64,000 nucleotides of DNA from Basidiobolus meristosporus CBS 931.73. Lineage: Eukaryota > Fungi > Basidiobolomycota. Positions 58,436 to 64,000 of the stretch are shown here, in pieces; position 1 is the stretch's first letter, and every line of letters starts with the position of its first letter. The DNA lies in assembly GCA_002104905.1 (NCBI GenBank), contig MCFE01000400.1, positions 1-64,000 of the forward strand, read 5' to 3'. Both the position numbers and the translations under genes were made by a program. Below the pieces are notes generated by a model, which was not told where the DNA came from, did not search any database, and saw only the letters and a list, made by a program, of their open reading frames with translations.

Positions 58436-59662
58436 TATGCTTCAAGCGTTGTATTAGCATTCATTATTTGTTCGTCTTTGGCATTTTTGCATTGGCCACG
58501 ACCGCTCAATAAAGCCTGGCCAACTGACTACACTTGTGCACCTTTATATTCAACTCAACGATCTCTTTCATTGTCCGAATGAGTGATTGTATTTTGAGTT
58601 AATTCTGTGCATTGGCCATCCTCCAGAGTGTGGCCAGGGTCGCAGTGCAAATCCCTGACCATCTTGAGATGGTTCCCACCTGGCGTGCCATGTCTCAGTC
58701 ACCCTCAGATCTCACGTACTTTTACGCTTTGTTGTCCAGTAATGCTGATCCATAATAGCAGGTAAGGTGCCAGGCAGGAAGAAAAGGTAGTCATTCCATT
58801 TTCTTGCGCAAACAGGGAACAACCAGTATTATTACTTGGCACACGAGGTAGTGCAGCAGTACGCTCTCTGCACACACATGACGGGCAGATGTGTAACGTA
58901 TCCGCCGGTGTGGCGTAGCGACTTCTTACCTGGGTTTCCATCGAATATTCCTAGGCCCACTGAAGATGAAAAACCAATCAAACATTGAATTCTCTTCTCT
59001 TGGTCACTCTAGGCTTATTTAGCCAATGCTCACCTTATAGGTGAGTAACACATTCCAAATCCGACCTGATGCCACCTACATCCCTGGACATCATAACCAT
59101 ACCATCAGGCAACCACCTATTGGGGAACAGAAACTGAACGATTCCCAACCCTTATTCTCACTTATCCACCAGATTCCAACACCACGTTTCGCCAAACCGA
59201 TTCGGAAGCTATGTCTATCCGAAGTCCCCACCTCCACTCGACAGAAAATGAATTGAAAAGCAAAGGACCTCACAAGAGATGCAGACGACCCTAGTAAGTT
59301 AGACATAGGACAGGTTCTCCCTTCTCACCATTCACCAGCAATCATTTCTCACTACTTACCGGGTGCGGACCTCCAGCGTCTCTCTAAAAAACGTTAGCAA
59401 TGGTGAAACTGGCTCAGAAGAGAAGGGAGGGTTTGTCAACTATTATTGTACCATAGGCATCATCACGTCGCAGGCATTATCCTGATCCGTTTATAAGGGT
59501 CTGATCTCAGCCGCGCACTAGAATCACAAGTCATCTAGGGCAGCACCCCTCGAGAGGCCTTTTAGGTACAATGGAATAGGTGAAACCAACCAGGAACCCC
59601 CGTGTATGGCGGTGGGGGTTCGCTTGGATTTATTACGTGGCGGAATGGGTGTTGTTGATGCA

Positions 59663-61135
59663 TCACTTGGAGGAGTTGAACATCCGATCAATCTCCTCCA
59701 GAGTGCGCCCTTTCGTTTCCGGCAGGAAGCAAGAGCCTATCAGCAGCAGCGCGCAACAACTACCGAAGAAGTAGTATCCTCCGTAGATGGTGTTGTTCAT
59801 GAAGATCGGCATCACAAACGTCATGAAAATGCTGATGGCCCAGTTAAGCCCGTACGCCAGCGCAAGTCCCTTCGCCCGCGTACGCATGTTCAGCACCTCG
59901 GCTGGATACACATATGCCACAGGTCCCCAGCTGTAGGCATAGGCGGCTTGGAAGATGAACACAAGGGCAATGACGGCGTTACGAGCATGAGTATTATCAA
60001 TGCCTGTAACCACGCCTTCGTTGATAACGGTGTACGACTGGAAGATTGCCCCGCAGATGAACATGGAAGCACCCATGATGAAGGCGCCGGAAACAAATGT
60101 GGGTCGACGTCCCACTTTGTCGATGAATAGCAAAGCAAACATGTTGAAGGCAAAAGAAACAATGTTGCTTCCGCCGCTGGTTGCAAGAGCAACTGAGGTA
60201 TTGGAGAGACCGGCTTGTTGGAAGATTTGCGGAGCAAAGTAGGAAATGGCGGAGGTTCCGGAGAAAGCAGCACCGTTACCGGTGAAGAGGGCTAATAGTG
60301 TGCGCTTGAGGTTGCTTCCTCGGAAGAGTTCGATGTATGTGCGGTTCCCGAATGCGCGCTCGCTTTCAATTTCCTCACGGATAACACGGTACTCGGCCAT
60401 GACATTAGGGCTGTCGATAGGAGCCGAATGTAATTTCGCCAAAACCAGCAAGGCTTCTTCGCTACGGCCCTTGTCCATCAACCAACGGGGAGAGAAGGGA
60501 AGGAAAATGGTGAAGGACAGGGAAAAGCAGAGCAGCATCTCCAACAGGAACGGAGCGCGCCACGACCAAGTAGTCGAGAGGTAACTGGTGCCGAAATTTA
60601 CGAAGTAGCCCACAATGGTTCCAATAGAGCACATGGCACTGAAGAAACTGATCAGACGGCCACGAATATCGGGCGGTGCGATCTCAGAATGATAGAGCGG
60701 AATGGCATTGGTCAGGAAACCTTCACCAAAGCCGACAAAGAGACGGCCGGTGATCAATAGGCCAAAGTTGTAGCCTATGGTTTGGAATAACGCTCCAATA
60801 CCGAAGACAAAAGCACCCAACAAGATGGTGTATTTACGGCCAATCCAATCACAAATGTTGCCCGACATAAGGCCACCAATAGTAGCAGTCAAAAGCATCA
60901 GTGCGGTCAAGAGTCCTTCACGATAAGCTGCGTTCTCGTTCAAGAACCGACTGGAGAAAGAATCCAGCGCCATGATGCCAGAGATGGCGCCCGTATCGAA
61001 GCCAACCACAAAACCGCCAGCGGCGGCTACTGTAGCAGCCATATAGAGGGAGACACGGGATTCTCTGGTGCCGGGTACTTTCTCCTGTACAATGGTATCT
61101 TTGTCGTCGAGACCGGACTCAAACTTGGAAGCCAT
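59663..61135 (-). CDS. MFS sugar porter (hexose/quinate-type transporter), 490 aa
   Basis: GFDTGAISG, DWIGRK, YHSEIAPPDIRG, PFSPRWL, DKVGRR, WGPVAYVYPAE and PETKGRTLEE motifs. Start placed at MASKF. Confidence 0.96.
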   Translation of the reverse strand: MASKFESGLDDKDTIVQEKVPGTRESRVSLYMAATVAAAGGFVVGFDTGAISGIMALDSFSSRFLNENAAYREGLLTALMLLTATIGGLMSGNICDWIGRKYTILLGAFVFGIGALFQTIGYNFGLLITGRLFVGFGEGFLTNAIPLYHSEIAPPDIRGRLISFFSAMCSIGTIVGYFVNFGTSYLSTTWSWRAPFLLEMLLCFSLSFTIFLPFSPRWLMDKGRSEEALLVLAKLHSAPIDSPNVMAEYRVIREEIESERAFGNRTYIELFRGSNLKRTLLALFTGNGAAFSGTSAISYFAPQIFQQAGLSNTSVALATSGGSNIVSFAFNMFALLFIDKVGRRPTFVSGAFIMGASMFICGAIFQSYTVINEGVVTGIDNTHARNAVIALVFIFQAAYAYSWGPVAYVYPAEVLNMRTRAKGLALAYGLNWAISIFMTFVMPIFMNNTIYGGYYFFGSCCALLLIGSCFLPETKGRTLEEIDRMFNSSK

Positions 61136-64000
61136 GAATGCAGTTGTGAAATCGAGAAAATTGAATGAGGGACTGTGTAGTTGCTGGTTCTCTTTATATA
61201 TATATATGCAATTTCCAATCGTAGCATATCGGATAGCATGGAATCTGGAGCGTTTGCCCCATTTCACATTGATTCTTCCACGTATTAGGTTGCGACGATC
61301 AACGATTTCTTCGTAAAATCCCGGAATCCAGCACCTAACCGAAGTGTTATCTTGGGATTGATAAGGTATTGGTAGATGATCAAGAGGTTTGGTAATTTCT
61401 CACATGCTTCATAATTGCCTTTTCCGTCTTATCAATTTCCTATTTATATCGACCATCCAAGCTATACAACATAATACTGAGTCAAGGGTCCATATAGAGT
61501 GACAGCTCTGGCGGACCTTCGCTTTATACTAAAGATACTGTGATGGTGTGCGACTCTGGTCGTTGGAAGTATTGGGTTAAGCCAACTGCAAAAAAGCAGG
61601 AATAGAGAGCAAAACGTGTCAGTAAATTGGCGGAAGTATCCACCGAAAAAAGGTTGTTTTGGGTGTTTGGAGGCTAATAGGATTCTATTCATAGAGTCGA
61701 GTCTTTTTAGATTTTCTTGAGTGTCTTTGCCCGTATACGGTCTATGGGTATACACCGCCACAACCATGTCTATACTACGCTGTATCCAGTTCTAAGGCTA
61801 AGAACGCAAGTAGAATAGGGATGTGCAACGATCCCGCACACTTGAGATCTTCATAGTATTGGTCCTTGTCTATTTCTATGGTGATGGAGTCCGAGCTGAG
61901 GACAGAAGCCAATCTTCTACTTTTGTGGTTGAACGCTTACCCGTACAAGAGTTTTTGGATAACAATAGTCAGCACAGCATCTATAAGCCTAAAAGAGTCA
62001 GGAGCAGCATCTGTAAGCCTAAATTACCTCTTTTCATGAGTTGGATCATTCTTTGGAATCTTCACGTTCAGAATGGTTTTGTGATTTAATTATGTTTGTC
62101 AATTCTCTGTCTTCATATGGTGTTACTAATCACCAATTTATACACAAAATGATAAACATCTTGCCTAAAATGTAATACATGCTTGACTGTGGAGTAATGA
62201 CTAGATTATAGTCTTTGCACGTGATTCCAGCGAAGCGATAAACAGGCCGATCTATATCGCATTATTCGGCCCTGTAACCACATCTACATCATAGACCCGG
62301 TGGTCAAGTCATGCAGGGTGGATTAAATCTCATCAGCCACATAAACTCGGAATTCTTGTTTCGAATCTACCTGTGTACATATCAAATACTTGTTTGGAAG
62401 TCAAGAGGAATACGGCCGTGTACTTGGATAGCACAAAGACAAGCCTATACCTTTAAGGTGATTAAATTACACGAGAATTACTAGACAACAATGGGTGCTG
62501 AGAGACGAATATCCAAATGAAAATTATAAAACGTACCGTTCTTGAGCATGATGTTTATCAGTCTAGCTTTAACTCCGTCAGCATTCTATTTCCACTACCA
62601 AATGCCTCCTCTCTTTATAATTGTCGGTATACTGGCTCTTATGGGGTTTGTCGGAATAGTAGTAGGTATGCATCTTCATAATTTGATCTCATATCATTGA
62701 CTACAAGTCGTACTGAAACTTCACCTAAGGACTTGACAAAGAAAGTAAGAACCATGCCGCTATTCCTATCGCTACCCCTGCCCCGAGGTCCCAGCGAAAT
62801 ATTGTATTTACTCACAGGATATGCCGAAACAACCAGCAGGCGGGTATACCTTTGGTTGTTATGACCCGCCATAGAAATGAGGAAGCCATAGGAGGCAACA
62901 ACGAGATAGTCATGCCTCCTCCTCCATACGCTGAAGCTATTAGCATTCCTCCTACTGCATATTGTGCATCCAATGCTGAGGCTCCACCTAGCTATCTCCA
63001 TCTGATGGAGTAGGCCTTGATTCACATTCATTAGTCTATATTTATGCATGCTTCCTAGATGCCGTCCCTAATATGTATATCTCCATCAATTAATGTAACC
63101 AGACTGGATAAACTCAATAACATTCTTATATAAGCGGAGTTGGATGTTGTGCAATAGAAGTATACGTTGAATGATTCGATATCTATCATCAGAAACTGAG
63201 GCAAAGAGGAGGTAGACGGAAATATAGAGAAAGACAAGGCTTTGGTGGATATGTTGCGTATATTCCATACTAGGATTCATTGTGGTATGTTGCAAACCAG
63301 TCTTGAATGCATGGCTTTTGTAGTGCTAGTATCTACTGCTGTCACAATATGTATAGCCATTAAGCATGATAGATGTCCAGCCCTAATTTATTCCAGTGTG
63401 GCGCCGGCGTGGAAGTTCCTGTGAAACCGGCATGTCACACGGAGAGCAGAATGACTATCGCATAGTTGTTCTCTACACACAAGAATGAAACTTAATAACT
63501 GCTTAAGGCCTGCAAGGTACGCAAACATTGAGTGAACATTCGAAGTGTTGCACACGTTAGTCACCTGAACTTAAATTTCAGCATTGAAGACAGAAAAGTC
63601 CCCAATAATAATATAGGAAAGACTGGGAAGAATTTCTACCTGTGTTCTTTAGCAGAATGACATCTCTTCCGTAGTAAACAATGGAAAGGAGCGAACGACA
63701 AATATAAAATGACCCTCCCCTCTGGAAGGTATTTTCAGTTAACGTAAGTACCTAGTAGCCTAGCGCATGGTCAGACCCAAACTCAACGAAGTGTTTAGGT
63801 TTTCTACTTTTGATGCCCAATTGCACACCCACATCATTTCTGGCTTCGCTAGTAACTTGCTTCCTTATCGCTGTTATAACCATTATTCAGGTGGATAGTA
63901 AGTATTTTCATTGAAATACTTGCATTGTTTTCTTTGATTGATAATGTAACCTTATTATACAAGAAAGGTAAAGGGCTCCTACCTCAATCTGTATTAGAGG

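Noticed and set aside
58560-59330. Possible multi-exon gene on the minus strand (KWNDYLFFLPG... with GTAAG/GTACGT donors)
   Set aside because: I could not assemble a consistent open gene model or recognise a family.
61462-63424. Short ORFs and a stop-riddled Q/E-rich frame near 62640-63420
   Set aside because: Mostly non-ATG starts, AT-rich DNA and no recognisable motifs; this may be a relic but cannot be supported.

Overview
Eukaryotic DNA, almost certainly fungal: short GT-AG introns with CTAAC branch points and yeast-like YMR1 and Msg5-type genes. An early-diverging lineage such as Zoopagomycota or Mucoromycota is my inference only. The window has three zones. (1) ~1-32.5 kb has no recognisable host gene, is nearly CpG-free, and consists of nested decayed transposons: three copies of a 5.6-kb CMC/EnSpm (CACTA-type) element, Ty3/gypsy and Ty1/copia relics, solo LTRs with intact TSDs, a DDE_Tnp_4 (Harbinger/ISL2-like) element, and a 743-bp foldback. 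(2) 33.1-38.6 kb is an intact Ty3/gypsy retrotransposon with 310-bp LTRs (3 differences, all CpG decay in the 5' LTR) and a 4-bp TSD. Its 1449-aa gag-pol ORF contains only ~10 CpGs, and it is inserted 11 bp upstream of a tRNA-Thr(CGT) gene whose body resembles tRNA-Met. (3) 39.4-64 kb is gene-rich with normal CpG. It opens with a 6-kb cluster of eight tiny secreted-protein genes: five of a putative GPI-anchored amphipathic-helix family, two encoding an identical 8-Cys peptide, and one 40-aa cationic micropeptide absent from the ORF track. A MAPK phosphatase, myotubularin, PPR protein, 7TM protein, FAD oxidase, ADH pseudogene, GNAT and sugar porter follow. The best novelty candidates are the tRNA-adjacent CpG-purged retroelement and the secreted micro-protein cluster. 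All alignments and counts were done by eye and no database search was possible.
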